Of a stretch of 64,000 nucleotides of DNA, positions 39,142 through 52,228 are shown piece by piece; position 1 is the stretch's first letter; every line of letters starts with the position of its first letter. The position numbers were made by a program, and so were the translations under genes. The notes beneath the pieces were generated by a model. That model made no database searches. It was not told the DNA's origin and saw only the letters and a list, made by a program, of their open reading frames with translations. This DNA is from Yuukianura sp. NJ FZ-2021. Taxonomy: Eukaryota. The DNA lies in contig CM102290.1 in NCBI GenBank assembly GCA_046563655.1, forward strand, positions 6,510,001 to 6,574,000, in the 5' to 3' direction.

Positions 39142-42100
39142 AGCCTCTGTCCCGCTGCCAGTCGCCCGTGTGATGTCGCCGGGTCGGCTGACAGTCGTTG
39201 GGGACATGTGAGGAGGTTACTCCCTCTCCCGTCCGAAATTCATTTCTTTTTAGTCTTGGTTTCTTATGAAACCAAGACTCCTCCCCAAGTCCAGTATTTT
39301 CCCCCACTAGCCCTTGCCATGCTCCTGCAAAGGAACATGACAAGGCGTTTTTCCCACTCCGCCGTGTGTTTTTCCCCTCGCCGAATCCCCCAAACCACCT
39401 TCGAGAAGATTCTAGAAACTTCTGCCTGTTCACAGGCAGAAGCCCAATCCCACTTCCTCCTGGCAGTCCACTTCCAACCGCAGAGCAGTCCAGTCCTCGT
39501 CACTCGTCTCTCCGTCCTCCGCCATCTTCGTTTTCTGGCCCGTTGGCCACGCCGACATCACTGGATATCCTCTGGACATCACTGGACATCACTGAACATC
39601 CCTAGACATCACTGGACATCCCTAGACATCACTAAACACTACAATTTGGTTCTTTTTTCATTTATTTATTTAAAATAAACGTTTCCGTGTCTTTCCCCCA
39701 TTATCCGCCCACTCCACGTCTGATTTATTGTTCCGGGTCACTCTCGTGACCCGTCCATTGACCCATCATCCCGGGTGCCTGCACGGCGGCCCGTTGAGGA
39801 GTCTACCTCCTCTCAAGTTACTTTTATGCAAATTTTTTTGAAATGTATGCTGCGGGTTCAAATCCCGCACCTTGCAGAATTTTTTAATTTTTTTGTACTA
39901 TTATATAATATGAGAGTTTGGGGAGTTTTGAACCGAAAACTAATGTTAAAAATTTAATAAAAAATTTAAAACACTTTTGTAGTTGTGTTGGAAAACGCTG
40001 ACAGTTGTTTTGTTATTGCTTTTTTCAGCTTTTGAACACACAAATTTTTCAAAACATGATTCTTTTCAGGGGAAGTGAGGTGGGTTTAAATGAATCCGTA
40101 ATGGGGTGCGGCTGGAGTTTAGTATAAATTCTTTGAAATTTTGGGAACTTTTGATCAGATATGTGACGCTCATGTAGCTAGATTGAGGTAAATACGATTA
40201 AGTCATGGCAGGTAATTACTTTTGCTCATTTTGCTCCACATACTTTGATTCACTTGAGCTGTTTGAAAGTCACTGCCGGAGATATCACAACAGGAATACT
40301 GAACAAGCAAGTAAGACTTTGAAAATGTAAATTGTAGCTTTTTTTTATCTATGTCGAATTGTTTTTTGTTTTAAATTTCAGTGGAACAACCGGGTTCAAG
40401 CAGATCCATGAGGGGTGGACCAGTTCACAATACCAATTTTGAGAACAGTTTAGACAACAGTCAATTCAACGAAGCTTTAACCGATGTTGTTAATATTAAT
40501 AATAACGGTATACTTATTAAATCCTTTCTTTGCTAAAATGTAACTTTATGAATGATTTGGTTTCTCAGAGCTCCTGATGGAGCTTTCTGCGGATGATCTT
40601 GAGGTGATTGAGCAAGTACTGCGGGAAGATGACCTTAGCCTTGGTAAGTGAGCTAACCTAACCTAGATTTGGTTGAAATTTGTATTTTTTTTCGAGAACT
40701 GTCTCCGCCAAATGATTGGACAGAAAACGTAAATTTTAAGAACCGATTTTGTCCACTGTGTGTTGTTCGTTTCAAAGACGCGGGTGATTTGGATTTACAT
40801 CGGTTTGTCTATCATCCGGAACTTTTTGAGAGAAGTGAAATACCAGTTCAAGTAGGTGGACGATTAAATGCTGCTGAATTTGTTCTCCAGCGTGGAAGAA
40901 GAGGACGTGAAGGTATAGTTCGAGAGTATGTTGCTGACTTGACTAGAAGTATTTATGGTGACATTGAAGGAGTGTTTACGTGTCATGAAGTGATTCTATT
41001 AGAACTTTTGAGGAACATTTTTTTGGAGATTGGAGCGTATAGAATTTTGGGGACCGTCTACGCTGAAATGACAAGATTAGCCAGAGATGTCGCTGGTGTC
41101 AGTGAAAGTGAAGTTTTCCCATTTCACTCATTTATGCATAGTGTTTTAGATCCTAGTATGGTGTCAACAGTTATTCATCAATTACAGCGCAAAATGTCAC
41201 TATCGTTGGAAGCATCTCTATACAATGGTTCGGGGTGGAGAGCGAAACTGTTTACAAAATTTCAACTACGAATTTTGAAATTTCAAATGGACAGAGCTTC
41301 AAGTTACATTCCTACACCAAAGTCAATTCAAAACAAAAATTGTGTTGTGAATATAAGAAACACTGATGAGTACTGTTTCAAGTATTGTATTTTGGCAGCA
41401 TTGTTTCCTCTTTACCAGAATCCAAACATTAACTGGAAAAGATTCACAGATCCGAGAGAGTATCTTAAATACAAATGCAGTGTTGACTTTGACTGTATCA
41501 ACTTTCCAATGTCAATTTGTCAGATTTATAAATTCTTGCACTTTAACTCCAGTTTAGCAGTAAATGTTTAGGGTTATGAGGAATTGGATGAACTGGACTC
41601 TAACATTTCAAAAAAGAAGGTCACCGTTTTTCCATTGTATGTGTGTAAGGAAAGTAGAAAGTTTAACATTGACTTGCTCTTGTTGCTAGAGGGTTTGAAA
41701 GCTCACTTCACTTTATTAAAGAAAAGTGATTTAAATCCTTCGGAAGGTCTTTCTAGACTTTTGGGAAAGGAAGAACGGAATTATGCGAAATACATCTGCA
41801 GATTCTGTCTACTCTATTGGAAAACAAAGAAGAAGCTCGAGAATCATGAAAAATACTGTGCCGCTTTAGAACTACAAAGAGTTTCGTTACCAAATGAAAA
41901 GTATTTCAATTTCACAAGAATTAAGAGAACACTGCCTGTACCAGTTGTCAGTTATTTGGATTTTGAAGCAATTTTATTTCCACAAGCAGCAAGTGACCTA
42001 ACGTCAAAGGTTGGTGATGTGTACAATGAGCACATTGCTTGTGGGTGGTCACTCATATTGATTGGACCTCTCGGTGAAGCACTTGAAGGAATTAAAATTT

Positions 42101-42799
42101 TTCAAGGTCATGACGCGCAGCATACTGCTCTTGATGAGTTAATCAAAACGGCTTCAAAATATTTTCCACTCCTAAAAGTTGATTTTGGGCGGGATGCAAG
42201 ATGGTGTACTACAGACTTTTATAACATGCTTCATGCCTCAACACACTGTATACATTGTGGTATGGAGGTTCCTAACCGCGAAAAAGTGATTGATCATTGT
42301 CATTATACCGGAGCTATTCGTGGAATGAGTTGTAGCAAGTGTAACTTAAATTGTGAGACAGTTAATTTCATTCCAATCATATGTCACGGTTTTCGTCACT
42401 ACGACTCAAAATTTATTGTACAAGCTCTTAAAAGTACAAAACTGAAAAAAGTGGGAGTGATACCTCACTCGATTGAAAAGTTTACTTCAATGCAATTGAC
42501 AACTTTAGAAGGATATGTACTTAAGTTCATGGATTCTTTTCAGTTTATAAGTTCAAGTTCAGCCGATCAAGTCAAAGTTTTGGCAAAGGATAACTTTGAT
42601 AAGTTTCCCATAACAAAAGCCACATTTGATAAGAATTATAAAAATATTAATTTGTTGTTTCGAAAAGGAGTGTATCCTTATACATATTTTGACAATTTTG
42701 AAAAGTTTGATGAGACAAGTTTACCGCCGAAATGTCTTAGGGTGAGAGTGACTTAACAGGGAAAGGAATTAGTGATGAAGACTTTGAACATGCACAACG

Positions 42800-45700
42800 T
42801 GTTGAGAATTACTCAGCATATCCCAAAAGGGAATAAGAATAATTTTAATATCAAAATGAAATGGGTTTAGATTTAAGGAAATAGGTTTAACTTAGGAGTT
42901 AATTTGGCCTCGCATGAGAGGAGAAGAGAAGAGACTGAAATTAAGGTGAATTTAAATGTAATCAAAGGGTTAATGTTGATCCACTTGAGTGGAGAATAGA
43001 ATCAAAGGGAAAGGGTTAGCGTCTACTTTGTATGTGAAAATAGTACTACTGACTTGCGCACTAGAGCAGGGATAGTATGTGTATTTGTAAATTCAACGCT
43101 TTCCATAAGGTAGAATCTCTCCCTCCTTTTTACTACAGAAAAGATACACCACAAGAAGAGAGTCTTGTAGTAGCCTTTGCAGAGGCAGCAACTTACACAT
43201 AGATTCTCAACTGTCACTTGTCACTTTTCAGTTCTCATTTTAATCACTTTCAATTAGTAGTTTTTAAAGAGTAATGTTAGTCTCAAGTTTTTTAATCATT
43301 AATAAATGAATCAAATAGAAAACGTTCAGTGTTCAGAATCTGGCATTCCATCCAACAATCTTCATGGTGCCGAAAGACGGTTATAGTGAGTCATAATCAA
43401 TCCGACTGCTATTACACAAAGGATGACGAACCGATTTGGACATTGAACTGTAAGTGATTGGACTTGAGTGCCTATAGTACCGTCACCACGGCGTCAGGAA
43501 CGAGGTCACAAGTCAAGGCAGCAAGCATATCCAAGATGGCGGACAAGAGCGATAATACTGGGACACCTAAGGCTGCTTCAGGAATTGTAGCAGCAGGGAC
43601 CAGCATTAGCGTAGTTCCGTCAACGGAATCAGAAATCATGAAGAAACTGGTGAGGTCATTGAAAGGTTTTTCCATGGATCTCCAGTATTTCCAAATGGAA
43701 ATTGAAGAGTATGTAACTGCTCCAGCAACAGTCACGAGTACTGCTTTGGTCGTCGAACGTAAGAAACTGGATAATTTTGAATCTATGTTGAGTTCGATCA
43801 GACAGGAAATTTACATGAATTGTGAAGACGATGAGAAGCTTCGCGAACAGGCAAAGGAAATTAACATATGCGACAAATTCATAAAGAGGATTCGCACAAG
43901 GCTTATCTCTCTCGAGTCGAATGCTGGACTCTGCACCACAGGGGGACAGAGCCAAAGCACACAGATGAAGGTCAACATGCCCAAGTTGGAGTTGCCCACG
44001 TTCAATGGAAAATACGAGGAATGGTTAAGTTACAGGGACTTAATGCTAACCTACGTTGTTAATAATGCTTCGCTTTCAGGAAGCCAGAAATTAGGTTATC
44101 TACAACCAACCCTAAAGGGAGAGGCAGAGGAAACGTTGAAGTACTTTGACCTCAGCAATGGATCCTTCGAAGAGGCTTGGGAGACGCTGAAGGAGCGTTA
44201 CGAGAACCCTCGTCAGATAATTTTTGCATTTTTGCAGAAAATGTTCAATTTTAAACCAATTGCGCAGGAGACTCCTCAGTCTTTACGCAAATTATTGGAT
44301 GTGTTTAACATGTCCATTAGACAGTTGCAGGTTTTGAAAGAGCCTGTGTGTCACTGGGATTCTATACTTATCTTTTTGATTCTAGAAAAACTTTCGCCAG
44401 AGACAAAAAAGGAATGGACAAAGAATTTCAAGGGAACGAGCATGCCCGCATTTTCGGAGGTCAAGGACTTCCTCGAGGATCATTTAAGATCACTCAATGT
44501 CACTTCTGGTGATAAGTCGCGTACTGACAGTCAGAAGGCGATTGACAAGAACAAGGAAAGGAAGGTGCACACTGTGTCAGGCAGTCACCCGAAACCATGT
44601 CTTAAGTGTTCTGGAGAGCATGGATTATTCAAATGTCCAGAATTTGGAGCCATGCCGCAAGACCAAAGGGAAAAATACGTAAGGGCTAATAAACTTTGTC
44701 TGAATTGTTTAAGGCCTGCGCACACTGCAGAAAATTGTCGTGCTCCTTTCACTTGCGGAAAGTGTAAGAAGAAGCACAATACACTCCTTCATCGTGAGAA
44801 ACCACAACCAAGGTCAGAAGGTCAACCAAGGGCAGAAGGTCAACCAAGGTCAGAAGGTCAACAAGGCACTTCGACATCAGCCAACCATTGCGCCGGTGCG
44901 CGTGTGGTTTTAGCCACAGCCATTGTCAATGTGCAGAATTCCCTCGGAGATCTTCAGAGTTGTCGAGTCCTACTCGATCAAGGTTCGGAATCTAATTTTA
45001 TTTCAGAACGATGTGTCAAATTTTTAGGTTTGAATCGTCGTGGAACTGACGTCAGAATCACAGGGATTTCTGGAGCCATGGTGCAGAGGGCACTTGGAGA
45101 AACGTCATTCCAAATTGAGTCAATGGCAAAAAATTATAAGTTCACTGTTAATGCTTTGATTTTACCAAAGGTAACAGGTACCTTGCCATCATTTCAAATT
45201 AATCCAAGTGATTGGACATTCTTGGACGAATTGAAGTTAGCCGATCCGGAATTCTACAAACCAAATGACATTGACATTTTGATTGGAGGAGAATTCGTGG
45301 CTCGCCTCAAAACTGGTAAAAAGGTTCAAGGAGACCTTAATCATCCAGTAGCAGAAGAAACAGAACTCGGTTGGGTAATTTCCGGTCCAGTCAAACCAGG
45401 CCGTGTGGTGAGTGTGAACCACGCTTTAGTGGAAACTAATCAGATTTTGCAGAAATTTTGGGAATTGGAGAATGTCCCACACCACCAGCCACTGACAACA
45501 GAAGAGAAAGCCGCCGAGGCACATTTTGTAGCCACTCACTCCAGAAATGACGACGGAAGGTATGTTGTCAAGTTACCATTTAAACAGAATTGCCAAAATT
45601 TAGGTTCATCCCGAGAAATAGCCCTGAGACGGCTGTATGGAATTGAACGGAGACTAGAAAAACATCATGAACACAAGGTCGAGTACCGTAAGTTCATGAC

Positions 45701-48700
45701 TAATTACATTGAACTTGGTCACATGGTCCAGGTTCCCAAGTTGGGGGCAGGTGAGGTGATGGGAGTAACCAATTATCTTCCACATCACTTTGTACTAAAG
45801 GATACCAGCTCCACTACGAAATTGAGAGTCGTGTTTGATGGCTCTGCAGAAACGAGCAATGGAATCTCGTTAAACAAATGTCTAATGGTTGGTCCAACTG
45901 TACAAAAGGACACATTTGCTCAATTTCAGGTCAAAGGCCATTGCTCTAAAGGCGGACATAGTGAAAATGTACCGTCAGTTTCTGGTTCACCCATTGGACC
46001 AAGACAAACAACGGATTCTCTGGAGAGACAGTCCGAAAGATGAGATTCAAGAATACAAATTGACTACAGTCACCTATGGCACAAGTTCAGCCCCATTCCA
46101 TGCTGTCAGGTGCTTAAATCAACTTGCTGAGGATGAGGGACTTAAATACCCACGAGCAGCAGAGGTAATCAAAAATGATTTTTATGTTGATGATTTACTA
46201 ACAGCGGTGGATACTTCAACGGAGGCCAGTCAGTTGATTGCTGACTTGATCAGTATTCTGAGCCTTGGATGCTTGGAAATATCAAAATTCGATTCAAATT
46301 CGAAAGATGCACTTAAAGATGTTCCTGAGGACAGAAGAGGCAAAAATGACAATTTCAGTGACCTTGACGTGGACAGGGTCTTAGGAGTCTGCTGGGATTC
46401 AAATGTCGATGAATTCCACTTTCGTGGATTCTCGTCTCAGCCAATTGGAATCCTAACCAAACGAATCATTTTGTCTAATATTTCTCGTGTTTTTGATCCT
46501 CTAGGATTTTTAAGTCCTCTAACTGTGATCATTAAGATTTATTTTCAGGAATTATGGGAGCATGACCACAGGGGTCAGAAGCTCAAATGGGATGACGAGA
46601 TCCCAACTCAATTACAACAGCCGTGGAGAGAGTACATTGACGGGTTAAGTAAAATTAAATTGATTAAAATCCCCAGATTCTTAGGATTAGGTGGGGCCAG
46701 CCAAGTGGAAGTTCATGGATTTTCGGATTCATCTGAACATGCCTACTGTGCTGCAGTCTACATCAGATGTACTTTCCCAGACGGATCAATTTCTACGAAC
46801 TTAGCAGCAGCGAAAACGAAAGTGGCTCCTGCTAAGCAAGTCAGTCTCCCAAGATTGGAACTCTGTGGAGCACTTCTGCTGTCAAGGTTGATTCCCAAGG
46901 TAATGGAATCACTTAATCTAAAATGTTCTATTTCAGCTTGGTCAGACAGTGAAACTGTTCTGAAATGGGTTCGGAATTCATCTCGTCGCTTCGTCACATT
47001 CGTTGCGAACCGAGTTGCTGAAATACAGGAAGTACTACCAATGGAATCCTGGAACTTCGTACCAGGAATAGAAAACCCGGCTGATCTTGGCACTAGAGGA
47101 ATCTGTGCAGAGGATTTGGCCAATTCATCATTTTGGTGGAAGGGACCATTGTGGTTAAGTGACCCAATGATACCTAATTTTGAGCCAGGGGGCAAGGTGA
47201 GTGAGCCTCCTGACTTAGAATTACGAAAAGTAAAGGTTAATTTGTCAATTATTGAGCTGAATTTCATGTTGAGGTTTTCAATCCTCATGAGGCTTAATCG
47301 TGCAGTGGCATATGCCACAAGATTTATATTCAATTGTAGGAACAAGAAGTTGGGTCAAAGTCACACCGGAGACTTAACGGTAGCAGAAACTCACTCCGCA
47401 TTCATGGTTTGTGTCAGATCCGCCCAATGGGATGACTTTTGGGAAGAGATCACATTACTAGAGAAGGGGAAACCAATTGGTAAGAGTAGTTCCATAAGTT
47501 CACTAAATCTGTTTCTAGATCAAGAAGGTGTACTGAGAGTCGGAGGCAGACTCCAGAATTCGGAAGCTCCAGATGAGCAGAAACACCAAATAATCATCAG
47601 TGGACATCATTACTTAACACAATTAATCATCATGGACTACCACCGTAAGTTTCATCATGCCAATTACCAATTGCTCTGGTCCAATCTGTCGAGAAGATTT
47701 TGGATCATTCGTGCCCGAGTGGCCATTCGGAACATGATTCGGAGCTGCCTTCGTTGCAAGAGAATGAAGGCTAAGATCACAGAACAACTCATGGGTAGCC
47801 TGCCCAAGGCCAGAGTCACTCCTTCGTCACCATTTAATCACTGTGGAGTTGACTATGCTGGACCGACTAAGCTCCAAGAAAAATACGGACGTGGGAAACG
47901 ACAATTCAACGCCTATTTTTGCATCTTCGTTTGTTTCACAACCAAAGCAGTTCACCTTGAGCCGGTGACTGATCTTACTACAGAGGCTTTTATAGCCACT
48001 TTGAAAAGATTCATTTCCAGGAGGGGCCTGAGTACTAATATTTATTCTGATTGTGGGTCTAATTTTGTTGGTGCTGCAAATGAGTTAAAGGAGTGGCACT
48101 CAATTATCTCAAATTCTAAAGTATTTGATTTTTTGTCTTTTCAAGGTATTCAGTGGCATCTGAATCCACCCGATGCACCCCACATGGGAGGAATCTGGGA
48201 AGCAGGCGTGAAGTCTGCCAAATATCACATTAAGAGGGTCGTGGGAACTACAACATTGACCCTGGAGGAGTACTACACACTGCTGACCTCCGTGGAAGCT
48301 GTTCTCAATTCTCGTCCCATTTGTGCTAAGAGCCAGGATCCAGGCGACTACGAGGCACTAACTCCAGGCCATTTTCTAATTGGGAAGCCTCTCATGTCAG
48401 TTCCGGAACTGGATCTACGAGAAATCAAGGAGAACCGACTTTCCCGTTGGCAGAGAGTCCAGCAGATGACTCAACATTTTTGGAAGCGCTGGAGCGCAGA
48501 ATACATCAATTCACTCCAACAGAGGAACAAGTGGAAAACCAAAGATGACAATTTGAAAATCGGAGATCTCGTGCTGATAAAAGATGAAGATACTCCGCCT
48601 CTGAATTGGAAGTTAGCAAGGATTTCAGCTGTATTTCCTGGTGAAGATGGGCTTGTTCGTACTGTGGAAGTTACTTAGAAGTCAGCTGAGCTAAATCACA

Positions 48701-49784
48701 AGGGTGAAATCATCAAACAGAAAGAGCATGTCTTCAAACGTCCAGTTGTAAGAATCTGCAAATTATTAGACAAGGAAGATTTGTAAGTTTAGGATTTTAC
48801 TCAATTAGTACTTAGTTGTAAGAATTAGAATTCAATTTAAGATTTAGGTTTCAATTTTAATCAAATTTAACGTAAGTAGTTAGTTTGGTATTAGTATAAG
48901 GCAACTGAGAATTTTTTACATTGGCCGTTCGAGTAATTTTCACTTTAATTTTTATATGCAAATCAGAAGTGATCGTGATTGTATGTGACCTGTGTTTCCT
49001 AGTGAATTGGATGCTGACCAGGTCAAGCAAAGACTGGCCTGCCCGCTCCCAGGCGAGGGACTTTGTCCACCCCTCAGGTCACCGAGGTCAGTTGAAGGTT
49101 CACTTCCTTGCTCCTGTCCTTGTGTATGTGAAGAAACAATCACTTTTGATTTCATTTTTGCACTTATGCACTTTGTTTTGATTTTGGGATTTGAATCCGT
49201 GATTCAAATCGGAGGCCAGTGTTGAGAATTACTCAGCATATCCCAAAAGGGAATAAGAATAATTTTAATATCAAAATGAAATGGGTTTAGATTTAAGGAA
49301 ATAGGTTTAACTTAGGAGTTAATTTGGCCTCGCATGAGAGGAGAAGAGAAGAGACTGAAATTAAGGTGAATTTAAATGTAATCAAAGGGTTAATGTTGAT
49401 CCACTTGAGTGGAGAATAGAATCAAAGGGAAAGGGTTAGCGTCTACTTTGTATGTGAAAATAGTACTACTGACTTGCGCACTAGAGCAGGGATAGTATGT
49501 GTATTTGTAAATTCAACGCTTTCCATAAGGTAGAATCTCTCCCTCCTTTTTACTACAGAAAAGATACACCACAAGAAGAGAGTCTTGTAGTAGCCTTTGC
49601 AGAGGCAGCAACTTACACATAGATTCTCAACTGTCACTTGTCACTTTTCAGTTCTCATTTTAATCACTTTCAATTAGTAGTTTTTAAAGAGTAATGTTAG
49701 TCTCAAGTTTTTTAATCATTAATAAATGAATCAAATAGAAAACGTTCAGTGTTCAGAATCTGGCATTCCATCCAACAATCTTCA
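42800..49784 (+). mobile_element. Full-length BEL/Pao LTR retrotransposon
   Basis: 565-bp LTRs (42800-43364, 49220-49784), identical by eye; 5-bp TSD CAACG; PBS TGGTGCCGAAA at 43365. Confidence 0.95.
43536..48785 (+). CDS. BEL gag-pol polyprotein (frameshift ~45915, premature TAG at 48676)
   Basis: Triple Cys/His knuckles, protease LLDQGS, RT YVDD, RNase H HGFSDSS, integrase GVDYAGP/YSDCG/GGIWE. Confidence 0.92.
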
Positions 49785-51568
49785 CAACGTGTTTGGAAAG
49801 AATTTGGTTGTAAAACTTTGAGGGATTACTACAACCTATACGTATCTCTGGATGTCACACTTCTTGCTGACTGTTTTCAAAACTTTAGGCAAAGATTTTT
49901 AGCAGATTTCCGTTTAGACCCTGCTCACTATTACACTTTGCCTGGTATAGCATATGATGCTGCTATACTATGTGGCAGTGTTGGTTTTGAATATTTGCAA
50001 GATTTGGATCAATATACGTTTATTGAGAGAGGAATTAGGGGTGGTATTTGTAGCGTTGGCTTGCGCTATGCAAAAGCAAACAACAAATTCTTAGGTTCAT
50101 CCTATGACCCTACGCTACCAACAAGTTATTTATGTTTGTGGGATGCAAACGTGCTGTACGCCCACCAACTTCGAAATTTTGTACCATGGAAAGACTTCCG
50201 GTGGGATTTATGCTTGTGGCAAAGGACAGTGAAGCTGGACGATGTCATAAAGATGATTCGGGGTATGGACGACGAAGCGGAAGAAGGTTTAATTTTGGAA
50301 GTAGATTTGACGTATCCAAAGGAGCTGCATGATTTGCACAACGATTACCCACTTGCAGTTGAGCGGCGATCTATTCAGTTTTCAGATTTGTCATCCTACA
50401 CACATCATGTTATGTATAACGCAGGAGCGAAGTCTTCAACTCAAAAAAAGACAAAGTTGGTGGGAAGTTTAGAAGATAAAAAGAATTATGTTGTACACTA
50501 CAGATTACTGAAACTTTTTTTAGAACTTGGTTTGAAGTTGACAAAAGTACACTGTGCTATGAGGTTCAGACAAGCACCATTGTTCCGTGTATACTGTGAG
50601 TTGTGTATAAAAAGGCGCCAAGGGTCAACAAATGAAGTAGACAAGAAAGCCTACAAAGCTTTGGGAAACATTTTAGTTGGAAAAACCTTTCAAAATGTTA
50701 GAAAATATAAGCGAATTAATGTTGCCCTATCAAAAGAGAAGATTTTGGAGTATGGTAAAAAGCCTACAGTAGAAGATATTAGAATAATACATAATGACTG
50801 TGTTCTATTTCAAATGAAAAAGTTGTCTGTGTGTTTAAATAAGCCAATATTTGTAGGGCTTACTGTGTTAGACGATAGTAAAAAACAAATGTATGAAGTA
50901 TACTATAAGAAACTGAAACCACGTTATGGTAGTAATATGCGTCAAATATTTACAGATACTGATAGTTTTATGTTATATATTAAGACAGAAGATGTTTATG
51001 CAGATATTTATGCTAGTGTAAGGCAAGACGAAGGGCTATTTGATACGTCAAATTTTAAGAAAAGTGATAAGCTACTAGGACACTTGTACAGTGACAAGCA
51101 TGCTGGAGAAGGGGGATACTACAAAGATGAGAGTCCAGAGTGCATAATTTCTGAAGTTGTGGCTCTAAAACCAAAACTATATTCTTTGAAGCTGGTGACA
51201 CGTGACGGAGAGGAGAGAGAAATTAAAAAAGCAAAAGGTACTGTGACTGCAGTGCTGGAGTCTCAGTTAAGCTTCAAAGATTATAAAGATGTATTGGAGG
51301 AAGGTAGCTGTAGATTTGTATCAATGAATACTATTCGTAGTTTAAATCACAAACTGTACACAACAACAATGAAAAAGCAGAGCTTGTCTGCGGTAGATGA
51401 CAAGGCCTTTTATTTGACACCAATTGAATCCCTTAGATTTGGACATTATAAGATTAAAGAGTTTCAAGATAGTGTTGTGTAGAAGGAAAAAAAACCAGTT
51501 TAATAAAAATTTAATAAATCATGTTTTGAATATGTTTCACTTCATTTGCGTACAGAAGTTCGGATAGG

Positions 51569-52212
51569 ATGGAGTTCAGGCCTGAATTGATTCATCCGTT
51601 TGTGATGGTGTTGAGTGGACCTACACAAAGTGGAAAGAGTACACTGATTAGACAACTGATTGAAAGGAGAGATGAAGTAATTGAACCAAAAATTAGGCGT
51701 ATTATTTATTGCTACAGTGAGGATGAGCCTAGTTTTGCGGAGACATTGAGATTATATCACAAAGTTGAATTTAAGCAAGGGATGGAGAATTTGGATGTGG
51801 CAGAAGGAAATCAAGTGGAAACAATGGTGATTTTAGATGACTTCATGGAGGTTATTGCCAACTCGAAAGAAGTCTGTGCCATGACCACCAGAGGCTCTCA
51901 TCATCGCTCTCTTAGTTTAATTATAACAGTGCAAAATTTTTTTATAAGGGATGTAGAAACCTAACTTTAAATAGTAAATATGTAGTTTTGTTTCGAAATC
52001 CCATTGATACAACAATTATAAAATACTTGGCAAGGCAAATGAATGGCGGAAAGTCAAACGGGTTGTTGGAAGAAGCATATGAAGACGCAACAAAAAACAA
52101 GCCCAATAGTTATTTGTTTATTGATTTATCTCAAAATCAGGATGACAATTTTCGTTTTAGATCAAATGTGTTTCCAGACTCATCCTCTTGTATAGTATAT
52201 ATGAAGAGATAA
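51569..52212 (+). pseudogene. A32-like (FtsK/HerA) genome-packaging ATPase, frameshift ~51950
   Basis: Walker A GPTQSGKST, Walker B VILDD, RGSHH...QN, YLFIDL. Confidence 0.9.
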
Positions 52213-52228
52213 TAATAAAAGCTTACAG

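Larger units (their letters stand above)
32068..39815 (+). mobile_element. Young Gypsy-like LTR element lacking protease, RT and RNase H
   Basis: 609-bp LTRs (32068-32676, 39207-39815), TG...CA, with one substitution seen by eye; 4-bp TSD AGTT; PBS-like TGGGGCCTC (tRNA-Pro-like); gag and integrase present. Confidence 0.92.
40205..51482 (+). pseudogene. polB: Protein-primed family B DNA polymerase (Maverick group 2/adintovirus type), spliced 5' end, interrupted by a BEL element
   Basis: Exonuclease motifs YLDFEA, HGFRHYD, FMDSFQF and KGVYPY; Endo VII-like DHCHYTG...CSKCN; polymerase motifs DANVLY, K...N..GK and YTDTDS-like FTDTDS. Removing the BEL element gives DFEHAQRVWKEFGCK. TAG at 41569 and a frameshift at ~42735. 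Confidence 0.92.

Noticed and set aside
39850..39876. Complete tRNA gene
   Set aside because: Only a T-arm and acceptor-like 3' strand are present; no matching 5' acceptor strand or anticodon arm, even after removing the insertion.
45889..46043. Programmed frameshift in BEL pol
   Set aside because: It falls inside the RT region with no slippery heptamer, and BEL elements normally use a single ORF; a small deletion is more likely.
46758..47345. Antisense ORFs over TE and viral genes
   Set aside because: Shadow ORFs of long coding frames with no independent motifs.
49749..49784. N-terminus of a separate 577-aa polymerase gene
   Set aside because: These codons belong to the BEL 3' LTR; the ORF is the C-terminal half of the interrupted polB.
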